A stretch of 64,000 nucleotides of DNA from Candidatus Cryptobacteroides sp. (GCA_045130395.1 JBGUPS010000014.1:22228-86227); one strand, 5' to 3'. Counted from the first letter of the stretch, positions 19,407 through 27,793 are shown. Program-made: numbers and translations. The notes: generated by a model not told the origin, from the sequence alone.

Positions 19407-19841
19407 CCCCCTTGCCGAGATACAATACTGCACATACTCCCCCGTCGTTTCCTGCTTACCGACAATTAACAAGGCTGATTCCTGTCCCATAACCAAAATC
19501 TCCACATACGGTTTCTGGTTCTTATTATCCCGTTTGGGAGGTTTCTTCTTAATGAGTGCAGCGTGTGAGAGTATTTCAGTTAAGCGAAACACCTCCCGTG
19601 TGGACTCATAAGAAATAGAGGCCTGTCCAGAGGTCTCGTTTATTGACTTACCTTTTATGTATATGAATGCATTAAGGGATTTATTCCAAACACTTTTTGC
19701 AGGATTCTTCGCTATCCAATTTGAGTAAAAATCCTTAATCAGTTGTTTCCGAGCTTTTTTATCCTCTTTAGAGTCTCCCTTCGGTATTTCAATCCCAAGT
19801 ATATCATTGGGCGTTTTTCTATGTTTCCTCTTTCCAGACAT
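19398..19841 (-). CDS. small basic protein, LPD3/BECR-fold-like (putative RNase/toxin)
   Basis: Low-GC ORF; VWN.SL...I.I...SINET...A......LTEIL..A..I...P K..ILV...A.LIVG....YVQY.IS pattern resembles LPD3 (recalled, not searched). Confidence 0.5.
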   Translation of the reverse strand: MSGKRKHRKTPNDILGIEIPKGDSKEDKKARKQLIKDFYSNWIAKNPAKSVWNKSLNAFIYIKGKSINETSGQASISYESTREVFRLTEILSHAALIKKKPPKRDNKNQKPYVEILVMGQESALLIVGKQETTGEYVQYCISARGKK

Positions 19842-20068
19842 AGCTACTTTTGTCAATTTAGTGATTGTGAAAAGAATGATAAGACCACTAGGATTGGCCC
19901 TATTTCTTACTGAATTATTCTTGGTGAAGGGAGCCGCTTCCAGAAAGGAAGACTTACCATACTCCTGATTTCATTACCGGCCGATTCCAACGACCGTTCG
20001 CTTGGAACAAATATAGCCAATAAATCGCACGGAACAAAGAGAAACGGCCATTCTTTGCAGGACTCCCC

Positions 20069-20169
20069 CGTCATGTCGATTATTTAGGTCGATAAACTCG
20101 TCATGCCCGCCCCAGCACCTTGTCATACCCAACCCGAACATCGTCATGCCCGGCCTGATCGGGCATCTC
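20069..20169 (+). repeat. REP-like cluster
   Basis: Degenerate GTCAT half-sites ending in GTCATGCCCGGCCTGATCGGGCATCTC (20143-20169). Confidence 0.7.
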
Positions 20170-20180
20170 TCCCCTGTCCA

Positions 20181-20315
20181 GCCGCGATTACATCTGGAAC
20201 GGCCTCAAATAACGATTTTTTGTAAACGCGGTACGGATTTCAGCCCTTTTACATATAATCGCGGCCGCGATTGCAGCCCCAATACCGCAGAACAGCGTTT
20301 TTTTGCAAACGCGGC
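20181..20315 (+). repeat. about 135-bp four-arm repeat, copy 3
   Basis: Same architecture and orientation as copies 1 and 2. Confidence 0.8.
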
Positions 20316-20330
20316 CGAAGCGCCTCCCTC

Positions 20331-20421
20331 CGTCATGCCTCCCTCGCCCCGGTGATGCCCTCCCTGCATCCCGTCATTCCCGACCTGCACCCCGTCATGC
20401 CCGGCCCCGACCGGGCATCTC
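20331..20421 (+). repeat. REP-like cluster at the left edge of the R-M island
   Basis: About 21-bp period GTCATGCC-like half-sites, then the 28-bp palindrome at 20394-20421. Confidence 0.8.
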
Positions 20422-20502
20422 TTGCTCGGTCGCATCATGCCTCAATTCTTTCGAGAGTTGAGGCTTTTTCGTTATCTTTGTATATACCCATCCAAAGCAA
20501 TT

Positions 20503-21237
20503 ATGAACGAAGACCTTTTAAATCTCCATTTCTCGCCGATCCGAGACTACAAATACGCCAGTTTCTTCGAAGATGTGCAGTACAATGGCAAGATACTCTC
20601 AGACAAGGAGCGAAAAGAATATGTAGCCATAATCGACGAAACCATAGCGAATTACACCGAAGGTCTTCCCCTCATGTACGACATATTGGAAAGTACCAAA
20701 GACAAGCAGGACGAGTATCACGAAATTGACCGAACAGTCGTTTCCGTGATGCAATTTGTACTTATAACAATGATAGACAGTATGGTGGCCAGCAAATACT
20801 TCATTCTGGCTGATAGGGACTATGACAAGCGTTTCATGCGAGGCAAACTGATGGTCATCCTCAACGAGGGCTTTAAGCGCCTGTATGGCTTTAAAGAGAA
20901 GAACCGCAAGAGGTCTGAATGGAATCGGCTCATGCCACTGATGGATTACTTCCCGAAGAAGATTATTCGCCAGTATCAGGAATTAACATATCTTTTGCAA
21001 AGGCACGCAAAATCCTCCTCTTGGTGGAAGGATGAACGAGACTATGAGACACACTTGGATACGGAAAAATTGTATGTCTCTCGTCAGGAAGAAATCATTG
21101 AGAGCAAGGTGATGATAGACTCGATGAAACTGTTTAACACGCTGTTAGCTGTTAATGATTTCCTGTCTAATCTCCACACCTGCCTCTACAACTATGTAGT
21201 TGACAAATATAATCGCGGAGAATTGAGATACGAGTAA
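20503..21237 (+). CDS. hypothetical alpha-helical protein with an RxxxxH motif (HEPN-like)
   Basis: WWKDERDYETHLD (R-x4-H) in a helical-looking low-GC ORF; TATCTTTG promoter at 20473-20480. Confidence 0.45.
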   Translation: MNEDLLNLHFSPIRDYKYASFFEDVQYNGKILSDKERKEYVAIIDETIANYTEGLPLMYDILESTKDKQDEYHEIDRTVVSVMQFVLITMIDSMVASKYFILADRDYDKRFMRGKLMVILNEGFKRLYGFKEKNRKRSEWNRLMPLMDYFPKKIIRQYQELTYLLQRHAKSSSWWKDERDYETHLDTEKLYVSRQEEIIESKVMIDSMKLFNTLLAVNDFLSNLHTCLYNYVVDKYNRGELRYE

Positions 21238-21355
21238 TTTTTGAGTCGAAGAATGAGTTAAATTGCGGCCATCAAACACTCTCCTGCACTTTTTTTTACC
21301 TTTTCTCACTGAGAATCGCTATATTTGAACTTAAATACCACTGAAACCGAATAAT

Positions 21356-24300
21356 ATGGCCGAACTAACCATAGCCAAGTCCTTAAATAAGGCATATCGT
21401 CAGGTCTCTGTAGACCGGCCCATCTTCGACGGCTTCAAAGCCCAACTTCGTAACTATTACGAGCAAATTTCTGTCATAAATACGGAAGAAAAGCTCAAAG
21501 GTGACCTGATGGACTTTCTGAAATTTACGTTTTACGGCCATAATTATAAGGTTTCCCCCAACGGTGATATTGACTGCGCCATTCATCTAGGTGTTAGTGT
21601 TGAAACCCCTGTGGGTGTCATCTTTGAGGTAAAGAAGCCCACCAACACAAACGAAATGATCACGAAGGAGGATCTTAACCGAAAAGCCCTTCAGGAACTT
21701 CTGCTTTACTATCTTCGCGAACGCCACACCAAAAAAAACATACAGTTAAAGCAGTTAATCGTCACAAACATCTATGAGTACTTTGTCTTTGATGCTCGGG
21801 AGTTTGAGCGCCTTTTCTATTCCAACAAAAAGCTCATCAAGTGCTTTGAGGATTTTAACAGCGGAGCTCTGACCTCAGAAAAGACGGATTTCTTCTACAG
21901 GGAGATTGCTTCAGAATTTATTGCGAAAGTCGTAGACCAGATTACGTACACCTGGTTTGACATACGCAAATACAAGTCCTTCCTTGATACTGGCAATGAC
22001 AAGCGCCTCATTGAACTATTCAAGTTCTTCAGTCCTGAGCACTTGCTAAAGAAACGTTTCCAGAACGACAGCAACTCTCTCAACACCAAGTTCTACAGCG
22101 AACTGCTTTATATCATCGGACTGGAAGAAGTGGTGGAGAAGGAAAGCAACAAGCACATCATCACCCGCCGCAAGAAAGAAGAACGCAACCAGGCATCTAT
22201 TTTAGAAAACGCTATCACCATACTCGATAGCGAAGACTGGCTGGATAATGTCAAAGATCGTTTTTCCTTTGGGAAAGACCGCCAGGAGCAACTATTCAGT
22301 GTTGCCCTCGCGCTCACCATAGGCTGGGTAAATCGCGTCCTTTTCCTGAAACTCCTGGAAGCTCAATTGGTAAATTATCACAAAGGTGATCAGAGCTACG
22401 CCTTTATGCGTCCGTCAGTCATCTCTGACTATGACGAACTCAACAAACTCTTCTTTCAGGTCCTTGCCAAGCGTATTGCTGACCGACCGGAAAGTATCAA
22501 TTCTAAATATGGAAAAGTCCCTTACCTAAACAGCTCTCTGTTTGAGATTGGCCCTCTGGAGCGCCAAACCATCCGTATCAGCAGTCTTGAAAATAGCGAG
22601 CTCCCTCTGTTTAGTGGAACTGTACTCAAGGACGGTCAGAAACCTCGTTACGCCAAACTACCTACACTTCGCTATCTGTTGGAATTCCTCGATGCATATA
22701 ACTTCGCCAGCGAGGGCTCTGAGGAAGTGCAAGAACAGGCCAAGACACTCATCAACGCCTCCGTGCTAGGGCTTATATTCGAGAAGATCAACGGGCATCG
22801 AGACGGATCGGTCTTCACGCCTGGCGCTGTAACGATGTATATGAGTCGCGAGGCTATCCGACAGACCGTCGTCCGTCGCTTCAATGAAGAATTAGGCTGG
22901 TCATGCAAAGACTATGAGGCTTTGAAGAACAAGGACATCGAAGATTATGGTAAAGCGAATGCTATAATTGACTCACTCCGCATTTGCGACCCCGCAGTAG
23001 GCTCAGGCCACTTCCTCGTGTCTGTTCTTAATGAAATCATCCGCACGAAGTACGACCTTGGTATCCTTATCGACGATTCTGGCAAACGCATCAAAAAGCA
23101 GGACTACACGATTGATATTGAGAACGATGAACTGCTTATCTCCGATGAAGACGGCAATCCCGTTAATTATAATCCTGGAAACCAAGAGAGTCAACGCATC
23201 CAAGAAACTCTATTCAACGAGAAGCGCAAAATCATCGAGAATTGCCTTTTCGGAGTAGACCTCAACCCTAACGCTGTCAACATCTGCCGCCTCCGTCTGT
23301 GGATTGAGTTGCTAAAAAACGCATACTACACCAAAGATAGTGACTACACTGAGTTGGAGACCCTGCCAAACATTGACATCAATATTAAGGTAGGTAACTC
23401 GCTTTTGCACCGCTTTGACTTGGGGCAGGACATCTCTGAAATCCTCCGTAAGAATGGTATCTCCATCAATGACTACCGTAAGGCAGTTAGTGATTATAAG
23501 AATGCTCACAACAAAGAAGAGAAACGTAATCTGGAAAACTACCTGCGTCAAATTAAAGGGAATCTTCGCACCCAGATTGGTCTAAAAGACCCTAAAGTGG
23601 TTAGTCTTAATAAACTGAAAGACGAACTGGACAACCTTTTAGCTCCCCAACTTTTTGAGATTAGCAAGAAAGAGAAAGCTCAGCGTGATAAACAAGCAAA
23701 GGAACTGCAAGTCAAGATTGATAAGATTCAGGCAGAGGTAGATGAAATAAGGGACAACAAGATCTTCGTTGGTGCTTTTGAATGGCTCATCGAGTTTCCT
23801 GAGGTCCTGGATGAAGATGGTCGCTTCGTCGGATTCGACTGTGTTATTGGCAATCCTCCTTACATCCAACTCCAAAAGATGGGGGCAGATGCCGATGCGC
23901 TCCAGAAGATGAACTACGAGACATACGAGCGTACCGGAGATATCTATTGCCTGTTCTATGAGATGGGACTGAAACTTCTAAAGCAAGGAGCACTACTGTC
24001 TTTCATTACCTCAAACAAGTGGATGAGAGCCGGTTATGGTAAATCTTTGCGAAAGTATCTTTCTTCCAAATACAATCCTACGCTGTTGATCGACTTTGCA
24101 AACAATAAGATTTTTGATTCGGCGACTGTCTTGGTAAATATTCTTTCGTTAGAGAAATGCAACAATCAGGGGCAAACACTATCTTGTTCCGTTGAGGACG
24201 GTTTTGATATAAGTAAATTGAGCGATTATGTGCAGACACACATACAGGTATCGTCTTTCCAAACTGATGATGCTTGGTCTATTTTGAGTGAAATTGAACT

Positions 24301-25156
24301 TAGTATAAAGCGTAAGATTGAGGAGGCAGGAGTACCTCTCAAGGATTGGGATGTGGAAATGTACCGAGGTGTTCTTACGGGATACAATGATGCGTTCATT
24401 ATAACATCTGATAAACGTGAAGAGATCTTGATGAGTTGTGCTGATGAATTCGAGAGAGAAAGGACGGCGGAAATCATTCGACCGATTCTACGTGGCCGAG
24501 ACATCAAGCGTTACGGTTACGAGTGGGCAGACCAGTATATCATAGCCACATTCCCATCCCGCCAGTATGACATAGATAATTATCCTACTCTTAGGGAGTA
24601 TCTTCTGTCTTTTGGCATTGAACGCCTGGAGCAAACAGGGAAAGAGTACTTTATAAATGGTGAGAAGGTAAAAGCCCGTAAGAAAACCAACAATAAATGG
24701 TTTGAAACTCAGGATAACATCAGTTATTGGGACGAATTTTTGAAGCCAAAGATTATTTACCCTAACATGACTAAGTTTTTACCCTTCGTCTATGACACAT
24801 CTGGCCTTGTCACAAACCAGAAGTGCTTTATTATCACGGGTAAACGACTTGCATTCCTCACGGCGTTTTTAAATTCGTCCCTTTTCAAATTTTGTTTTGC
24901 CGACAAGTTTCCCGAACTGCAGGGTAAAACAAGAGAACTTAGTAAAATATTTATGGAGGAGATCCCTGTAATGGAAGTTAGTGAGGACGATGAAGCTCGA
25001 TTCCTCAAGATGGTTGAGGCAACCCAGGAGAGTATCTCGAAAGAAAAACTCTTAGAGATTGATAATGCCATCTTCGACCTGTACCAACTAACAAAGGTAG
25101 AGAGAGACTATGTCGGTTTTATTGATTACGGAGATATGCAAGCTCTTTCTCAGTAA
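21356..25156 (+). CDS. Type IIG restriction-modification enzyme (nuclease, N6-adenine MTase, TaqI-C-like specificity domain)
   Basis: N-terminal D..IH....IFEVKKP..QELLLYY nuclease-like motif; CDPAVGSGHF (motif I); VIGNPPY (motif IV); C-terminal PILRGRDI..Y and KIIYP TRD-type motifs. Confidence 0.92.
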   Translation: MAELTIAKSLNKAYRQVSVDRPIFDGFKAQLRNYYEQISVINTEEKLKGDLMDFLKFTFYGHNYKVSPNGDIDCAIHLGVSVETPVGVIFEVKKPTNTNEMITKEDLNRKALQELLLYYLRERHTKKNIQLKQLIVTNIYEYFVFDAREFERLFYSNKKLIKCFEDFNSGALTSEKTDFFYREIASEFIAKVVDQITYTWFDIRKYKSFLDTGNDKRLIELFKFFSPEHLLKKRFQNDSNSLNTKFYSELLYIIGLEEVVEKESNKHIITRRKKEERNQASILENAITILDSEDWLDNVKDRFSFGKDRQEQLFSVALALTIGWVNRVLFLKLLEAQLVNYHKGDQSYAFMRPSVISDYDELNKLFFQVLAKRIADRPESINSKYGKVPYLNSSLFEIGPLERQTIRISSLENSELPLFSGTVLKDGQKPRYAKLPTLRYLLEFLDAYNFASEGSEEVQEQAKTLINASVLGLIFEKINGHRDGSVFTPGAVTMYMSREAIRQTVVRRFNEELGWSCKDYEALKNKDIEDYGKANAIIDSLRICDPAVGSGHFLVSVLNEIIRTKYDLGILIDDSGKRIKKQDYTIDIENDELLISDEDGNPVNYNPGNQESQRIQETLFNEKRKIIENCLFGVDLNPNAVNICRLRLWIELLKNAYYTKDSDYTELETLPNIDINIKVGNSLLHRFDLGQDISEILRKNGISINDYRKAVSDYKNAHNKEEKRNLENYLRQIKGNLRTQIGLKDPKVVSLNKLKDELDNLLAPQLFEISKKEKAQRDKQAKELQVKIDKIQAEVDEIRDNKIFVGAFEWLIEFPEVLDEDGRFVGFDCVIGNPPYIQLQKMGADADALQKMNYETYERTGDIYCLFYEMGLKLLKQGALLSFITSNKWMRAGYGKSLRKYLSSKYNPTLLIDFANNKIFDSATVLVNILSLEKCNNQGQTLSCSVEDGFDISKLSDYVQTHIQVSSFQTDDAWSILSEIELSIKRKIEEAGVPLKDWDVEMYRGVLTGYNDAFIITSDKREEILMSCADEFERERTAEIIRPILRGRDIKRYGYEWADQYIIATFPSRQYDIDNYPTLREYLLSFGIERLEQTGKEYFINGEKVKARKKTNNKWFETQDNISYWDEFLKPKIIYPNMTKFLPFVYDTSGLVTNQKCFIITGKRLAFLTAFLNSSLFKFCFADKFPELQGKTRELSKIFMEEIPVMEVSEDDEARFLKMVEATQESISKEKLLEIDNAIFDLYQLTKVERDYVGFIDYGDMQALSQ
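24220..24241 (+). repeat. left 22-bp inversion repeat inside the R-M gene
   Basis: GAGCGATTATGTGCAGACACAC, encoding S-D-Y-V-Q-T-H; exact reverse complement of 25962-25983. Confidence 0.95.
24476..24504 (+). repeat. nested 29-bp inverted repeat, left copy
   Basis: ATTCGACCGATTCTACGTGGCCGAGACAT; exact reverse complement of 25699-25727. Confidence 0.9.
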
Positions 25157-25982
25157 AGTCAAACATTGATTCAACAATCTCCTCTAATTGCTTTTCCTTC
25201 AGGCCATCTGAAGCCTCCGAGTTAAGCACCTTTTCAATTGATGCCACGACATCTTCCCGAGGCTGCGGTACGGGAATCTGTTCTACAAACATAGGCTTAT
25301 ACTCAAAGAATCCGCCGTTTCTTACGACACCCAGATTTCGGATGTAGTAGTCAGCCACCTTTGAGTTTAGTACTGCCAAAAGGTATTGACTTCCAGGGAC
25401 AATCATACATGCTGGGGCGTTGATAAACATGTTCTCGGGAGCCATTGCATAGCTACCTCTGGCATTGAGATTACCCCAAACTATTTTTGTCTTCGAAAAT
25501 TCGTCCACATAAGCGCAGTTCCTAAGATTGTATGGAGTATCTCCTTTGTCAGCGCGAGATTCAATCTTATCCCAGTAATAATCAAGATGTTGCTTGATTG
25601 CCGGATAATCTTCAATCTTTATTCGTTCCATGGAGTCTTTCACCCCATTATGAGTGTTGATGAGCCATAAATCAGCCCAATCATAACCGTATCGCCTTAT
25701 GTCTCGGCCACGTAGAATCGGTCGAATAATTTCTGCCGTACTCTGTCGCTCATCATCACAGTGGCAAGATTTAAGGATCTCGTTTCGTTTGGCAGAATCA
25801 ATGATAAAAGCATCATTAAATCCCGTCTTGATGCCATAATTGATTTGGATATCCCAATCCCTTAGGGGAGCGCCTATGGCTTCAATCTTTGCCATAATAG
25901 ATCGTTCTATATCGGATAGTATAGACCAGGATTCCGATGATGCGAAGTGGGAATTAACCGCGTGTGTCTGCACATAATCGCT
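25119..25982 (-). CDS. silent alternative C-terminal specificity module of the Type IIG enzyme
   Basis: No MTase or nuclease motifs; begins at the IR with SDYVQTH in frame; paralogous to residues about 956-1266 of the R-M protein (WSILS.IE.SI..KIE, LRDWD, GFNDAFII, RPILRGRDI.RYGY.WAD). Confidence 0.85.
   Translation of the reverse strand, partial: SDYVQTHAVNSHFASSESWSILSDIERSIMAKIEAIGAPLRDWDIQINYGIKTGFNDAFIIDSAKRNEILKSCHCDDERQSTAEIIRPILRGRDIRRYGYDWADLWLINTHNGVKDSMERIKIEDYPAIKQHLDYYWDKIESRADKGDTPYNLRNCAYVDEFSKTKIVWGNLNARGSYAMAPENMFINAPACMIVPGSQYLLAVLNSKVADYYIRNLGVVRNGGFFEYKPMFVEQIPVPQPREDVVASIEKVLNSEASDGLKEKQLEEIVESMFDFTEKELAYLRNQ
25699..25727 (-). repeat. nested 29-bp inverted repeat, right copy
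   Basis: ATGTCTCGGCCACGTAGAATCGGTCGAAT. Confidence 0.9.
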
Positions 25983-25983
25983 C
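25962..25983 (-). repeat. right 22-bp inversion repeat
   Basis: GTGTGTCTGCACATAATCGCTC; directly abuts the recombinase stop codon (25984-25986). Confidence 0.95.
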
Positions 25984-26589
25984 CTATTCTTTCAGAAAAG
26001 AATGAATATACCTGCCCAGAGTGTTCCGGTCAACCTTGCAGATCTTTGCAATCTTCCGCTGTGATACTCCGGCCTGAAGCAATTCTATAATCAGAGTCCG
26101 TTTGGGGAAGAGTTTGCGCTTGCTTTCCTTGGTCTTCCTACCAAGAGGACGCCCAAGTATTACACCTTCAGCTTTCTTTCTTGCCAGTGCTTCCTTTGTT
26201 CGCTGGCTAATGAGATTGCGTTCTATCTCAGCAGAGAGGCCAAAAGCGAAGGCCAGCACTTTACTCTGAATGTCCTCACCAAGTCTATAATTGTCCTTGA
26301 TAGTCCACACCCTGCAATCCTTCGTCATACAGATGTTGAGAATCTCCATAATCATAAATAGATTACGTCCTAACCGGGAGAGCTCGGCGCAAATAATCAA
26401 ATCATCTTTCTGTACCCGGTTCAACAGACGTCCCAACTCACGCTTGTTGTAATTCTTTGTTCCGCTAATGGTTTCTTCTATCCAGCCGTCTATACTCATA
26501 GACTCCTTGGAGCAGAAGTTATTGATTTCAAACCTTTGATTTTCAACAGTCTGTTTGTCACTGCTGACTCTGATGTAGCCGTAAATCAT
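25984..26589 (-). CDS. serine site-specific recombinase/invertase, Mpi family
   Basis: MIYGYIRVSSDKQTVENQRFEI (catalytic Ser), ELSRLGRN, SKVLAFAFGLSAEIERNLISQRTKEAL, C-terminal HTH. Confidence 0.92.
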   Translation of the reverse strand: MIYGYIRVSSDKQTVENQRFEINNFCSKESMSIDGWIEETISGTKNYNKRELGRLLNRVQKDDLIICAELSRLGRNLFMIMEILNICMTKDCRVWTIKDNYRLGEDIQSKVLAFAFGLSAEIERNLISQRTKEALARKKAEGVILGRPLGRKTKESKRKLFPKRTLIIELLQAGVSQRKIAKICKVDRNTLGRYIHSFLKE

Positions 26590-26866
26590 ACCTGTTAATT
26601 TTTATAGAGTTTCTGTGTATACATAAAGTTGCTTATATTTGTATATCTTATTTTCCCTCATCATATAAATGGTACCGCCTCATACTTAAAGAATTTTTCA
26701 CATGGTTCCCAAAACGTTTCATCATCAACGGTATATCAGCGCAACTACGACTGGAAGAAAAAGAATGTGATAGTTTTCGTATTGTCGGGATTTCTTAGGG
26801 ATTATAAGCAAAATTTCCTACAATAGGGTCAAACATATTTCTTCAATTGGTGTCAAGAGTTTAATT

Positions 26867-27607
26867 ATGGACTGGAGTATCATTCAACTGTTTCTCGTAA
26901 TTATTACTCCTTTCGCTCTCGTTATTATATGGCGTAGGACGAAAGGGAAACGGGGTGAGAAGCAGGTGGCCGTCCTACTATCACTCTTACCCAAGAAGCG
27001 ATATAGGGTTATTAATGATCTTTTACTACTATCAGGAGGACATAGCACACAGATAGATCACGTGGTTGTTTCTATTTATGGCATCTTTGTCATTGAAACA
27101 AAATACTATCAAGGATGGATATATGGAGGTGAGAACAGTGAATACTGGACGCAAAACATTTATGGGCACAAGTACCAACTCCGTAACCCTCTATGGCAAA
27201 ATCAGGGTCACTGCAAAGCAATTGCTAAACTGATCGGTGATAATGGATCCATACCTATTCATAGTATTGTCGCTTTCTCGCGCCAGGCCAGCCTTAAAGT
27301 AGACCGATCACTTCCTGTTATGTATTGGTGGCGTGTAGTACCATTCATCAAGGGTTTCAAGCAATCGGTGATAACAGATATACAAGCCGAAGACGTCTAT
27401 AATTTGCTCCTATCAGCAAATGTGACCGATAAGAAAGCAAGAAAGCAGCACGTATCCAGCGTGAAGCATAATCAAGCCCGTCGTAACACTGACGTTGCTA
27501 ATGGAAGATGTCCTCGTTGTGGAGGCAGTTTAGTGCTTCGAAATGGCAAGTATGGTCGTTTTTATGGCTGCTCACATTATCCAAATTGTAAATACATTTT
27601 GAAATAG
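26867..27607 (+). CDS. NERD-domain nuclease-like protein with a topoisomerase-type C4 zinc finger
   Basis: N-terminal TM; GE..V, QIDHVVVS.YGIFVIETK, NPL.QN..H; CPRCGG.LVLR.GKYG.FYGCS.YP.C. Confidence 0.88.
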   Translation: MDWSIIQLFLVIITPFALVIIWRRTKGKRGEKQVAVLLSLLPKKRYRVINDLLLLSGGHSTQIDHVVVSIYGIFVIETKYYQGWIYGGENSEYWTQNIYGHKYQLRNPLWQNQGHCKAIAKLIGDNGSIPIHSIVAFSRQASLKVDRSLPVMYWWRVVPFIKGFKQSVITDIQAEDVYNLLLSANVTDKKARKQHVSSVKHNQARRNTDVANGRCPRCGGSLVLRNGKYGRFYGCSHYPNCKYILK

Positions 27608-27793
27608 ATTAGTTTGTCCCCCACCATAACCCTTTTAGCAGCAAATACTTTGAGGAGAGCGGCTTACGCTCGCAGGAAACATCGTCATAAGAACTAGGCA
27701 TGACGGAGGGGGTACACTCAAACAGCAGGGTACCGTCGTTAGAGGCAGATTTTGACGGAGGGGGGCCAGGCAGGCGGCAGGGGTCCGGCGGAA

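Noticed and set aside
17771-20421. CRISPR array suggested by periodic GTCATGCC repeats
   Set aside because: The period is only about 20 bp, the repeats are degenerate half-palindromes with 11-12 nt gaps, and there are no cas genes.
26629-26826. 65-aa ORF between the invertase and NERD genes, and ORFs at 27609-28294
   Set aside because: No motifs; they overlap promoter-like or REP sequence and are probably non-coding.
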